Below, piece after piece: positions 19,601-28,011 of a DNA stretch of 35,956 bases. Position 1 is the stretch's first letter. Each line of letters opens with the position of its first letter. Made by a program: the position numbers and the translations under genes. This DNA is from a virus (taxonomy: Duplodnaviria > Caudoviricetes), in the IMG/VR virus record IMGVR_UViG_3300020409_000043, positions 1 through 35,956 of that record; one strand, 5' to 3'. The notes under the pieces are model-generated. The model saw only the letters and a program-made list of their open reading frames with translations, was not told the DNA's origin and ran no database searches.

Positions 19601-22600
19601 CACTTGCTTTTAGCGGCAGTGTACTTGCTGTAACAAGTTTAAAAGGTGATATGCAAGTGCCTACAACTTTAGATGCAGGGACAACATCATTTGATGATGA
19701 AATGACGACATTCACTAAAACGTTTACTGATAGTGGATCAGTACACATCTATCAAAAATTTGAAAATACAATGTTATATGGTGAAAAATTCAATTACGCA
19801 AATGATAGTCTACAACAGTTTGGCTCAAATTTAACAATTAATAAAAACCACGTTTACATTGGATTGCCAACTTTACAACTGCCAAATAAAGAAAAAGGCA
19901 CAGTAATAAACTTTAGAAAAGCACCAACAGAAAATAATTGGACTAGCATTCATGAAATGAGTACAGGCATAGATCAAGTTGATCTTACAAAAATAAAAAG
20001 TATTTTCTTGTATGATAGAGTTACAAATAGAAAACTTGTAGATTTAGATTACATAGATCCTTTGTATGGAAAAATTCCAGGCCCAGCGGAAGCAGAAATA
20101 TTTTATAAAACGTTGTATGACCCTGCTGTTTACAATAACAGCGGTGCAACAGGCACAGTTGACGCAACTAACAGTTGGACTGATACACAAATAGGTAGAT
20201 TATGGTGGGATTTGAGAACGGCAGTATACTATTATCCATATCAAAGTAATATTATATTCAACAATGCATATTGGAATAAATTATTCCCTGGCGCAACAAT
20301 AGATGTGCATGAATGGACTGAGTCTACAAGAACTCCTACGGAATGGAATACTTTGTCTGCAACTACACAAGGTGCTGGGCTAGGTATAACAGGAACAGTT
20401 TCAGACACAACAAACTTTGTTACACGAAAAAAATATGATCCTGTTGCAGGAAGTATGAAAAATATTTACTACTACTGGGTAAAAGGCAAGAAGACTGCCC
20501 CAGACTTAGAAGGCAGAAGCATGACTGCTGAAGCAGTGCAAAATTTAATTAAAGATCCTAGAGCACAAGGATACAAATACGTGACTGTGTTCGGTCCAGG
20601 AAAATTTGCTCTTGTAAACTGCAATCAATTTATAAACGGCAATGACACTGTCATAAACTTTAGATTATTCAACACAGAATCAAACAACAATGTCCACAAT
20701 GAATATGCTCTTGTTTCTGAAAACCTTGGTACAAGCACATTACCTAAGGATATAGAAGATGTTTGGTTCAACAGTTTAATTGGATATGATGCACAAATGA
20801 ATCCTGTACCAGATCCTGAATTAAGTGATAAGGTCAAATACGGAACATTAACAACTCCAAGACAGAGTTGGTTTAAAAACAATGCTGAGGCAACAAAACA
20901 ATTGGTGCAACGAGCAAACGATGTTTTGATTAAAAATTTAATTGTAGATGAAATAGATTTATCCACTTTAACGGCAAATGAACCTGCACCTGTGGCACAG
21001 ACAGGTTTGTACGATTCAACAGTTGATACAGAAGCAGATTTACAATTTTTAGGTACAGGACCTTTAGTAACTGCAACTCTTGTGCCTACAATAGTAAATG
21101 GAAAAATTACAAATGTTACAATTACAAATTCTGGGGCAGGATACAAAGTTGCTCCAACATATAAAATTAAATCTACAAACGGTTCAGGATGTGTTTTAAA
21201 ACTTACAATAAATGCAAAAGGACAAGTGACTGCTGTAAAAGTTGAAAGACAAGGAAAAAATTATGATTCTAAGACCACTATCACAGTAAGAAACTTCAGT
21301 GCTCTTGTGTTAGCAGACAGCCAAGTAGACGGCAAGTGGGCAATATACAACTGGACTCCAAGCGACAAGTGGACTAGATCTCAGATACAAAGTTACAATG
21401 TGTCTTTATATTGGGATTATGCTGATTGGTATGCAACAGGTTACACACAATTTACAGCAATAGATCAAAAAGTAGATTTCAGTTACCAATTAGACAGTTT
21501 ACAAAACAGCATTGGCGATATAGTAAAAATAAGCACTATCGGAACTGGTGGATGGTTGTTGTTAGAAAAAATTGACGATCAAATGGATGTTGACTACACT
21601 GTAAATTACAAAACTGTTGGTAGACAAAACGGAACTATACAATTTAATACAAGATTATATGACTACAATGCACAAAATATAGGTTTTGACAGCAATAGTT
21701 ATGACGTTCAATTGTATGACAGACAACCTATCCAAGAAACTAGATTAATTTTAGAAACATTAAGAGATAAGATTTTTATAGAAGAACTAGACGTAGAATA
21801 CAACAAACTATTCTTTGCAAGTATTCGTTATGCATTAAGTGAAGAAAAATTAAATGACTGGGTATTCAAAACAAGTTTTGTAAAAGCACAACACAACGTT
21901 GGCGAACTACAACAAAAACGTTCATTTAAAAATGACAATCTTGCAAACTTTGAAGACTACATAGCAGAAGTAAAACCTTACAAATCTAAAATCAGAGAGT
22001 ATGTAAGTGCGTATCAAAAAACGGAGCCAACAAATACAAGTGTTGCTGACTTTGATTACCCACCGAGATACAAAGATGGATACATACAGGCAAGTAATAT
22101 TAGAGTTGTAGGCACGTCTTTAACAACTAATTCAATTACATCTTATCCTGATAAGCATTGGTTAGACAATGTTGGTTATTCTATCACTGAAATAAACGTT
22201 GCAACAGCAGGAACTGATTACATCAACCCGCCTGTGGTAACAATTACTGGCGGTGGTGGTTCAGGTGCTAAAGCAACAGCATTTATTAAAAATGGAAAAG
22301 TTACAAGAATAAGAGTTGATAACGAAGGCAGTGGTTACATTTCAACTCCTACTGTCAATTTAGCAGGTAGTACAACAGGTACATCTGCCACTGCAAGTGC
22401 TGTATTAGGTAAAGGATTGACAAGATCAACGCATTTAGCAGTGAAGTTCGACAGAACAACAGGCACATTATTATTAGCAAACTTAACTAGAACTGAAACT
22501 TTTACTGGTAATGCATCTCAACTTAAATTTAAATTGAAATGGCCTATGGACACACGTAACAATACAATTACAGTTTCCGTCGGTGGCGTAGGAAAATTAA

Positions 22601-25356
22601 GAAGTGAATTTGCTTTTGCAAATGAAAACGATACAACAAAAAGTTATGCAAGACAAACCGGCTATGTACAGTTCACAACACCTCCAGCAAATTTATCAAC
22701 AATATCAATTACGTATTTGATAAATCAAGATGTATTGCACACGCAAGATAGAGTAAATTTATATTATGTGCCTACTGATGGTCAGCCTGGTAAAGAGTTA
22801 GCACAGGTCATTGATGGAATTGATTACGGTGGAGTTGAAGTAAGAAGTATCACTTTCGAAGATGTGTCAGGTTGGGATAATGCTGGTTATGGTTCTGGAG
22901 TGTGGGACACTTATGATACAACATACGAAGACGAAGTGTTCTATTTAGATGGCAGTACACAATCTATTAACTTATCAAAAGCATTAGAGTCTGGCGTACA
23001 ATATCATGTGTACAGAAGATTTAGAGCATTTGAAAATAATAGATGGGATTGGAAATTAGTAAGAATGGATGATCCTAATTTTGGCACAGGAAATCCTGTC
23101 ACAAATACAAATGCGGTAATGCAATCATTAGAAGGTGACGGAAGTACTAAGACTGTAGATGTAAGTGCAATTGAAACGGGTAGCGATGATATCATCATTG
23201 TTAGAAAATCTACAAGTGATGGCAGTTTCTTGCCTGATCCTGATGCAGTTGATTCATTAGTAAAAGGTGGAGACCTTGCTTACTCAACAGCGACTGGATT
23301 GAACGCAGAAGATATTAACATAGATGGAGATGGTTTTGTTACTCCAACTTCAAGTCATGGTCCAGAAGAATTTGTTCCTGGTCAAGTTTTAGATACATTA
23401 GACATTCAAGTATTTGACAGAGGTGCATTTACAGGAAGTAAAATTAATAGTTACAATTATATTGGTGACGGAAATACAACCACGTATGCTTTTGTAGACT
23501 TTCCACAAAGCAACAATGCTGTATTTGTTTCTGTTGACAATGTTTTATTCAACAGCAATTTATATTCAATTGATTATCAAAATAAAAATTTAGTATTCAA
23601 TAGTGCTCCAGCAAATGGAAGTAAAATTAATTTTATTACAATGGGCAATAACGGTGAAGCAATATTAGACGTGGACATTTTCAACGGTGACGGAAGCACA
23701 ACTGAATTTATAACTAGAGGACAATTCAAAGCAAATACTATCAGCACTCTAGTAAAAGTTAATGGAGTAAATGCAACACACACTATATTTGAAACTGACA
23801 GCACATATTCAAAACCAAACAAAGTTGGAATAAGATTTGCAACAGCACCATCACAAGATGCAGTAATTAATATTTGTGTGTACGAAAGTGCAAGTCAATC
23901 ATTCAGTGAAGTTACACAAAACACTTTCACCGCTGATGGAAGTACAACAGCATTTACTTTATCACCAACTCCTTTCACACAGCAACCATTTACAAATAAT
24001 GTAATTGTAAAAGTTGACAATGATGTGTTAAGAAGTGGATTCACAAAACAGCATACACTATCAGCAACTGGCGGTAACTTAATAAGAGAATATCAATTCG
24101 AAACTTGGCAGTTGTTACCAGGAACTATTTTAGCAACAAATGTAAGAGCCTTCTTAAACAAAACAGAATTAACTGCGGCTCAGTACAGATGGAATCCAGG
24201 CAACAGCAGTGTTACATTAGAATCAGGTGTTGGAAAAATTGGCGACATTTTAGAAGTTTATGTTGAAAATGGAGAATATTCAGTTTCAAATGCAGGAGTC
24301 TTAACAATTAATCCTGCACCAACAAATGGAAAAACAATCACTGCTTATCAATTCAGTAAACATGACATACAGGATATAGAACGAGAACAATTTGATGTAA
24401 TTGCAAAACAATCAATAACTGTGAACACAGATGATTATTTTACTTACAATCAATTAACAAACGGGGTAATACAATTAAGAAGACCTGCCACTGATGCTCA
24501 ATATGTTTGGGTGTGTGTAAATGGTGAATGGCTTGCACCAAGCATAGATTATACTGTGTCAAATGATCAAAACAGATTGCTAATTAATAGAAACTTGTCT
24601 CAAAATGATGAAATTGATGTGATACATTTCTCTGCACCAAGTTTCATTGGTAAATTTGCTTATAGACAATTTAAAGATATGTTAAACAGATCACACTTCA
24701 AACGTGTTGGAGATGATAAACAATACTTCCTAGCACAAAACTTAAATTGGAACGATAGAGAAATTGTGCTTACAGATGCAACAGGTTTGACTGATCCTAG
24801 CATTGGCGCTAGATTGCCTGGTATTTTATTCATTGATGGTGAAAGAATAGAGTATTATCAAAAACAAGGTAATACAATTAAACAACTTAGACGAGGAACA
24901 TTTGGAACTGGTATCCCAACCGTACATAATACGGCTACTGAGGTATTTGATCAAAGCAGACATCAGAACGTTCCTTACAAAGATGAGTTTCTTACTGAGA
25001 ACTACACGGGTGCAGATGTGTCAAATGACCAACTGGGCATATCTTTCACACCTAAATCTGTCAACGAATTCGAGATATTTGTTGGTGGCAAGAGATTGCG
25101 TAAGAACAGTATAAGTGTATATGATCCAGCATTAGGGCAAGACAGTCCTGAAGCGGACAGCACTTCACCAGCAGAATTCACAGTAGATGGTGTTAATCCT
25201 GTGATAACATTTACAACAACACCTGCCACAACTGCCAAAATTGTGGTCATTAGAAAACAAGGAAAAATTTGGCATGATACGGATAAAGCACTCAGTCAGA
25301 CGGAGAATGACATAGCAAGATTCATACGTCAAAAAGAAGTGGCTTTGCCGCAATAA
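10660..25356 (+). CDS. Giant (4898 aa) gp7-like baseplate wedge / virion structural protein with FG-GAP propeller, CBM-like and beta-sandwich repeats
   Basis: Coupled to gp6 through a TAATG overlap. Has gp7/P2-gpI-like motifs YQGFIREKGT..L..IF and EVKPYKSKIRE, FG-GAP-like blades (FGSAVDISPDGNFVVIGAP, FGSDISISGDGTLIAVGSP), aromatic Y..G..V.Y...Y modules, GSGY repeats and GDGSTT.F repeats. Confidence 0.75.
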   Translation: MAYDKDQQEFPLPTGSNKDDRKSAEFLPKYFRTPVNNKFLHSTLDQLVSQGRLEKINAYYGRKGTANYQAGDLYVSEVNKDRENYKLEPSIVQSDSLGNVNFYSDYIDYFSQIKNLGGSAENHSNLNAQEYYAWSPKINWDKFVNYREYFWLPYGADTVTVTGQQRSVTSTYTVTKSDAGDNYAYIFTPDGLTSNPTLKLFKGQTYVFDINTQGLPFTIKTERNLDDSYNYNTGVSSQKVEKGTITFTVSDTTPDTLYYGSSKDIETFGLIKIYDIAENSAIDVSNDVLGKKTYTLPNGIALSNGMKVNFRGTVTPTSYEEGEYYVEGVGEAIKLINIQDLEVVSSYTQQTQVPFDTVNFDTVGFGTATSYAVNKDYVVINKASPDRNPWSRHNRWIHRTVIEDSAKANGNIPNIDQTLRARRPIIEFEAGLKLWQFGTSSKGIIDLIDDKTTDVMSNVEGSTGYFVDGVNLTNGMKVLFTKDPDPLVANKIYTVKILTFTQGNTSTDQISLVEDSTSPALEHETVLVRNGTKNAGKIYYFDGTDWKLTQEKTKVNQAPLFELYDANGNSYASSTYPNSSFIGNKVFSYKEGTGTNDPELGFPLSYLNVENIGDIVFDYNLPNADFKYVVSGVQTTQTTSAAFLRKYSDRTTFASVNGWTKAPTESYQNVIRQYDATSKLLNDFAIDVYNNSGDLNDLVVKVSVNDKQQIENTDYTINRINQIAYVNFTKNLNVDDVVVIKTRSATVKNANGYYEFPSNLQGNPLNDDVSTFTTGQINDHVRSITNELPGLVGNTPGVSNLRDYPNASEYGRKFVKHSGPIGLASYLINRKDINIIKAIKYSQNEYTKFKRSFVSAIDTLGYEGSVQTTVDKLLEKLNKDNTKSSPFFQTDMIGRGAFKKTEHKVLDVDSKFYQLSSTFDLTTLSKQAVYVYHNDIQLIHGKDYTFSNGFVSVSKTLTLNDVIHVYEYDTTNGSHIPATPTKLGLYPAYRPMKYSDTTLVTPVNVIQGHDGSITVAYNDFRDDLILELEKRIYNNIKVTYSEDILNYKDLLPGTNRTNIFEDKTINNSILPDFNEWLGFVGNTDYTNNSYYLIGDSRTWNYSHAVSPAGVQLNGFWRAIYKKLYDTDRPNITPWEMLGYSVEPSWWESTYGPAPYTKDNLVLWKDLEEGIVREPNKKIVYKENYARPGLTGHIPADSDGNIRSPFDSSYARQVDPTLGKADFTFGDQSPVESAWRRSSDYPFALLKAFILHQPSKVIGVGWDTSRISRNSANQIVYSNGLPIQTKNLIFPSSISETKEVNTAGLVNYLYEYIETNLLTDYAEYKTNIKSIQAQIGFKIRGYSKKDKFQIILDSKTPNASTSVFVPQENYRLIQNTSAPIKILSYSALIVELTASGYILRGYDKNTPQIKYYQYVQQVADPVINVGGVSASFVNWGENNRYDVGQYVKYNDQFYATETAHLSTETFDLSKFVKLVDLPIEGGADGIIRRKFDKSSVLEIPYGTLIKTKQEVLDIILGYGEYLTDQGFDFNEFNKELEVVTNWQLSAKEFLFWTTQKWDQGSVISLSPGSRKLSVKSNYSVADDVVNNFYSYGILKEDGNKLDKNFLRIVRQANNFSLLTKNTVNGIYFCKVPLVQKEQVCLLDNSTSFSDLIYDPASGYKQDRLKVLGYLTEWDGSQSIPGFVFSVANIKEWTQYTDYSMSTVVKHKQFYYTANKKLKGSATFIDADWTRLDGAPSDTLISNFDYRTNQFGDFYDLDTDNFDSEQQRMAQHLIGYQPRNYLKNIINDDVAQYKFYQGFIREKGTNNSLSKIFDALASADKESIDFYEEWAVRKGQYGASAVFDEVEFKLDESKVRLNPQPIELTDEQPTTESDLTYRIQSGQVYLKPDAYTHAPFPTKYNKNTYVKTAGPVNPVDITLTVGKYADLLTADISTLVDNNYVWVGDYNSTWNVFRYSKTTQRIQAINVVQNTIEVDTLNTPSMTVGEIFVVYANGTNYTFKCTSVEPSKIICEPKTGFQQLSSATGYISRFISAKFTSTDSINARVNETGIRDNEKFWIETSDDGKWKVVNNKFVYKTANEISTTSTSSDESFGQVIAVNKNNTVVLVSQPTDSDGAIYVFIRGTESGSLRFSQKIEAPTQDPLLTSLDLFGSSSSFGSAVDISPDGNFVVIGAPTAGNLKTEYKGVFNPSTNYNVNNIVQYKNQLWRATNQITGQDPSVDFTTFDGSGLYRESTGTSTSNIVIGDHIFPNVTTTHLLIRASRDQYQGTKIGDRLIMQYLGFSSDYPLDRSNLTKAPQKPFAGVGDPTIKTNLFSATEVPIVQKVDAILKVDLTLVDPILTAVVNSESFEGTVVYKRKEGTKTLLYLKDVEGVVSASGTLMYGTLEVGSYNRVLGEDYAYLSGFWMVDINASVSTSAGIDTSNHLVIQDIKRQGVTRNTNKFVNSLDETIQAITPQTPMYQSQFGVLTYYESYYIDSGTNQWVSRGSPTGILSNNWYVRTNPTLTKSQNDTINVWINNVGTNKFDFAGINISSADTNGLKTITEVMDGYIDVDSQSDSNNNFYFPTPGDIVRDDVTSNTATVVLTQFTSLNKLRVWIKNSTGLFTLGSNAGVNGTITRVGTPDRTLGNIEQTNMAGLNGAGKLLVFTNASAITISGNATEYFANDKEYWLWDEQTLDGISASANTPSSTNYDWNKIYNIPIGEGTASGLTNEGAFLIYKKDGAGKYSYNSAYTVPDTKTNLRLGSRIKMRTVGDKTVAFIGASGDLSTNNPGKIYFVEYNANKNWTLGTDPMYTGPYDINASYLTGEIVVYANQLYKSNTNLTPGAWNPAYWTLQSTRTDMLGYIPNDSGIELEQDSTLAQNGLVRFADRFDVDENGVNIIANVLYNNDNQKVVVYRLDNGHYTYKQTILPPSDSAANINFGSDISISGDGTLIAVGSPLKDLTNIDMGAVYVYKKATDDTGVYNYNQTLTSPDREVSENFGHTLAFSGSVLAVTSLKGDMQVPTTLDAGTTSFDDEMTTFTKTFTDSGSVHIYQKFENTMLYGEKFNYANDSLQQFGSNLTINKNHVYIGLPTLQLPNKEKGTVINFRKAPTENNWTSIHEMSTGIDQVDLTKIKSIFLYDRVTNRKLVDLDYIDPLYGKIPGPAEAEIFYKTLYDPAVYNNSGATGTVDATNSWTDTQIGRLWWDLRTAVYYYPYQSNIIFNNAYWNKLFPGATIDVHEWTESTRTPTEWNTLSATTQGAGLGITGTVSDTTNFVTRKKYDPVAGSMKNIYYYWVKGKKTAPDLEGRSMTAEAVQNLIKDPRAQGYKYVTVFGPGKFALVNCNQFINGNDTVINFRLFNTESNNNVHNEYALVSENLGTSTLPKDIEDVWFNSLIGYDAQMNPVPDPELSDKVKYGTLTTPRQSWFKNNAEATKQLVQRANDVLIKNLIVDEIDLSTLTANEPAPVAQTGLYDSTVDTEADLQFLGTGPLVTATLVPTIVNGKITNVTITNSGAGYKVAPTYKIKSTNGSGCVLKLTINAKGQVTAVKVERQGKNYDSKTTITVRNFSALVLADSQVDGKWAIYNWTPSDKWTRSQIQSYNVSLYWDYADWYATGYTQFTAIDQKVDFSYQLDSLQNSIGDIVKISTIGTGGWLLLEKIDDQMDVDYTVNYKTVGRQNGTIQFNTRLYDYNAQNIGFDSNSYDVQLYDRQPIQETRLILETLRDKIFIEELDVEYNKLFFASIRYALSEEKLNDWVFKTSFVKAQHNVGELQQKRSFKNDNLANFEDYIAEVKPYKSKIREYVSAYQKTEPTNTSVADFDYPPRYKDGYIQASNIRVVGTSLTTNSITSYPDKHWLDNVGYSITEINVATAGTDYINPPVVTITGGGGSGAKATAFIKNGKVTRIRVDNEGSGYISTPTVNLAGSTTGTSATASAVLGKGLTRSTHLAVKFDRTTGTLLLANLTRTETFTGNASQLKFKLKWPMDTRNNTITVSVGGVGKLRSEFAFANENDTTKSYARQTGYVQFTTPPANLSTISITYLINQDVLHTQDRVNLYYVPTDGQPGKELAQVIDGIDYGGVEVRSITFEDVSGWDNAGYGSGVWDTYDTTYEDEVFYLDGSTQSINLSKALESGVQYHVYRRFRAFENNRWDWKLVRMDDPNFGTGNPVTNTNAVMQSLEGDGSTKTVDVSAIETGSDDIIIVRKSTSDGSFLPDPDAVDSLVKGGDLAYSTATGLNAEDINIDGDGFVTPTSSHGPEEFVPGQVLDTLDIQVFDRGAFTGSKINSYNYIGDGNTTTYAFVDFPQSNNAVFVSVDNVLFNSNLYSIDYQNKNLVFNSAPANGSKINFITMGNNGEAILDVDIFNGDGSTTEFITRGQFKANTISTLVKVNGVNATHTIFETDSTYSKPNKVGIRFATAPSQDAVINICVYESASQSFSEVTQNTFTADGSTTAFTLSPTPFTQQPFTNNVIVKVDNDVLRSGFTKQHTLSATGGNLIREYQFETWQLLPGTILATNVRAFLNKTELTAAQYRWNPGNSSVTLESGVGKIGDILEVYVENGEYSVSNAGVLTINPAPTNGKTITAYQFSKHDIQDIEREQFDVIAKQSITVNTDDYFTYNQLTNGVIQLRRPATDAQYVWVCVNGEWLAPSIDYTVSNDQNRLLINRNLSQNDEIDVIHFSAPSFIGKFAYRQFKDMLNRSHFKRVGDDKQYFLAQNLNWNDREIVLTDATGLTDPSIGARLPGILFIDGERIEYYQKQGNTIKQLRRGTFGTGIPTVHNTATEVFDQSRHQNVPYKDEFLTENYTGADVSNDQLGISFTPKSVNEFEIFVGGKRLRKNSISVYDPALGQDSPEADSTSPAEFTVDGVNPVITFTTTPATTAKIVVIRKQGKIWHDTDKALSQTENDIARFIRQKEVALPQ

Positions 25357-25359
25357 ATA
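25352..25359 (+). promoter_or_regulatory. Late promoter core (AATAAATA) overlapping the stop codon of the giant gene
   Basis: TAAATA at 25354-25359, then a GGAG RBS and the ATG at 25381. Confidence 0.6.
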
Positions 25360-25380
25360 CAGTAAGAAATTGGAGCACAA

Positions 25381-25992
25381 ATGAGTAAAATAAAAGAAAA
25401 CAGCGGAGTATTAGTTCAAGGACATATTAAGATACATGACCCTGAATCCGGTGCTGTATTCGTTAATAAACGCAACGCGATACACTATGAAAATATGAGT
25501 ATTGCTTTGGCTGAAAGTGTTGCTAATCAAGGGCAAGGCTTCATCAGTTCTATGGCGTTTGGTAACGGTGGAACATCAGTTGATCCAACAGGTATTATCA
25601 CATATCTAACTCCAAACAGTACTGGCACAAATGCAAGTTTGTACAACCAAACATTTACTAAAATTGTAGATGATAGATCAGTTTCTAATTTAGATCCACA
25701 AAGAAATAAAATAGAAACAAGACACGTAAATGGTACGAACTATACAGATGTTGTTGTTACTTGTTTGTTAGACTACGGTGAACCGAATGGACAAGACGCA
25801 ACTGACACAGCATCAGCATCAGACAGTTTATATGTGTTTGATGAACTTGGACTTGTAAGTTACGCATCATCTGGAACAGGCAAATTATTAACACACGTAA
25901 TTTTCCATCCAGTACAAAAAAGTTTAAACAGATTGATACAGATAGATTACACTGTTAGAGTACAAAGTTTAACAGGTTTTAACGAGGGGTAA
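25381..25992 (+). CDS. Baseplate / tail-fibre attachment protein
   Basis: ISSMAFGNGG...VFDELGL...LLTHVIFHPVQKSLNRLIQIDYTVRVQ resembles the baseplate-docking domains found at the N-terminus of myovirus fibres. Lies between the wedge and fibre genes. Confidence 0.55.
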   Translation: MSKIKENSGVLVQGHIKIHDPESGAVFVNKRNAIHYENMSIALAESVANQGQGFISSMAFGNGGTSVDPTGIITYLTPNSTGTNASLYNQTFTKIVDDRSVSNLDPQRNKIETRHVNGTNYTDVVVTCLLDYGEPNGQDATDTASASDSLYVFDELGLVSYASSGTGKLLTHVIFHPVQKSLNRLIQIDYTVRVQSLTGFNEG

Positions 25993-25995
25993 TAA

Positions 25996-28011
25996 ATGGC
26001 ATATACCATTAATTTTTCCGATGCAATAAACAAAGGCACTATCACTATTAATGACAACACAATTAATAATGAGACAAGTCTACGTTTACCAGGAAAAAAC
26101 ACAACAAGTTATGGTACGATAATTGCAGAAAATTTTCTACACTTATTAGAAAATTTTGCAAATAGCACCGCTCCATCTAGACCTATTGAAGGACAACTTT
26201 GGTTCGATACGACAGCGGGAACAGATCAATTGAAAGTGTATGATGGTACCAATTGGGTAGCGTCAGGTGGACTTAAAAAAGCAATCAATCAACCTAGTGC
26301 TTCAGAAAGCGTCACAGGTGACCTTTGGGTTGATACAAATGCACAACAACTTTACTTGTTCACAGGAACAGGTTGGGTTCTCATAGGTCCGCAATATAGT
26401 TCAGGACTAACAACAGGTGCAACTCCTGTTGTGGTTACTGGCACAGATGATTTAAATTACAGTATTGTAAAATTAGAAGTTTCAAGCAAGACAGTGGCAA
26501 TTATTGCTTCTGATCAGTTTACACCTAAAAGCAACATAGCAGGATTTTCAACTTTATATCCTGGATTAAATTTAAGTGTTGCAAATATAACTGGCGACGG
26601 TATCGGTAAATTTTATGGCACTGCTCAAAAGGCAGAAAATTTAGTTGTAGGTACATCAACAGTTGCGGCAGGAAATTTTTTAAGAGCAGACACAACAAGT
26701 TTAACTAACTTTCCTATCAAAGTAAAAACAGATGATGGTGTTGAAGTAGGTGCGGCTGGTTCGTTCAAGATGTTTGTTGAGAACCAAGCAGGTATCTTCC
26801 AATTAAGTACACTAGATGAAGAAATAGATTTTAGATTAAACAACCAAGGACAAACGACAACAGTATTAAGAGTAAGTTCACAAGGACAAGTTGGAGTAAA
26901 CAAAACTAATCCAACACAGGCTTTAGATGTAGCAGGCAATATTCTAGCAAGTGGTTCAATACAAGCAGACGGCACAACTGATGCCACTAATGTAAGTTCA
27001 GGATCAATAATTGCAAAAGGTGGAGTAGGTATCGCGAAAAAACTTTTTGTAGGTGATGCAACGAGCGTTGCTGGCGACATCACAGCAAATAATATTTTGC
27101 CACAAACAAATAATACTTACAGCATTGGTGCAACAAATAATCAATACAACAATGTTTACGCAAATAATTTTGTAGGAAATGTAACTGGTAACGTAAGTGG
27201 TACGGTTTCAGGAACAGCCGGACAGGCAAACAAATTAACAACTGCAACAACATTTAACCTAACTGGAGATGTGACAGCAACATCATTTTCTTTTGATGGA
27301 CAAACAGGTGGTACATCAAAAACATTTAATACATCTATCAGCAATTCATTCATAGGAAATCAAACTTTAACAACAACAAGTTCTGTATCAGACGAATTAA
27401 TAATAAACAGAACATCTGGAACAACAGGAATATTTAAAACAACTGTTGGTTCAATTGTAAACACAATACCAACACCACCAGTTGGATCAATCATGATTTA
27501 TGCTGGTGCGACTGCTCCTACAGATTGGTTAATGTGTGATGGTGCTGAAATAAGCAGAGCAACATATAACAAATTATTCGCAGTTATAGGAACGCAGTTT
27601 GGTACGCCAAGTACAACAGCGGTATTTAAAACTCCAGACTTGCGTGGAAGATTCCCATTAGGTAAAGACAATATGGGACAAGGATCCGCAGATAGAACGA
27701 CTGCTGTATTTGCCGATAACTTAGGTCAGGGTGCAGGTGCAGAAAAGAAAACTATTACAAAAGAAAATTTACCACAACACGAACACAATCTTCAAGCAAA
27801 CAACGGTGATCAGTTCTTCGCGTCAAGAATGATTGCTGGTGCATCTGGAGATGCAGAAGTAACAACTAGAAGTGGACCTGATTTAAATAACACAGCCGGC
27901 GCACAACAATTGCCTAACACAGGTGGATTGGCAGGCACAACAGGACAATTATTTGATGTAATGAACCCTTACTTAACAATTAATTACATCATTTACACTG
28001 GAGGAATTTAA
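25996..28011 (+). CDS. Tail fibre protein with C-terminal tail-collar domain (gp12-like short fibre)
   Basis: Shared N-terminal ENFLHLLENFA...GQLWFD domain. Collar motif PVGSIMIYAGATAPTDWLMCDGAEISRATYNKLFAVIG...PDLRGRFPLG, then LPQHEH and the terminal MNPYLTINYII. Confidence 0.85.
   Translation: MAYTINFSDAINKGTITINDNTINNETSLRLPGKNTTSYGTIIAENFLHLLENFANSTAPSRPIEGQLWFDTTAGTDQLKVYDGTNWVASGGLKKAINQPSASESVTGDLWVDTNAQQLYLFTGTGWVLIGPQYSSGLTTGATPVVVTGTDDLNYSIVKLEVSSKTVAIIASDQFTPKSNIAGFSTLYPGLNLSVANITGDGIGKFYGTAQKAENLVVGTSTVAAGNFLRADTTSLTNFPIKVKTDDGVEVGAAGSFKMFVENQAGIFQLSTLDEEIDFRLNNQGQTTTVLRVSSQGQVGVNKTNPTQALDVAGNILASGSIQADGTTDATNVSSGSIIAKGGVGIAKKLFVGDATSVAGDITANNILPQTNNTYSIGATNNQYNNVYANNFVGNVTGNVSGTVSGTAGQANKLTTATTFNLTGDVTATSFSFDGQTGGTSKTFNTSISNSFIGNQTLTTTSSVSDELIINRTSGTTGIFKTTVGSIVNTIPTPPVGSIMIYAGATAPTDWLMCDGAEISRATYNKLFAVIGTQFGTPSTTAVFKTPDLRGRFPLGKDNMGQGSADRTTAVFADNLGQGAGAEKKTITKENLPQHEHNLQANNGDQFFASRMIAGASGDAEVTTRSGPDLNNTAGAQQLPNTGGLAGTTGQLFDVMNPYLTINYIIYTGGI

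Noticed and set aside
10660-25356. Intein or intron explaining the giant ORF
   Set aside because: No intein C/S...HN boundaries, LAGLIDADG or HNH motifs, or frame breaks were recognised.
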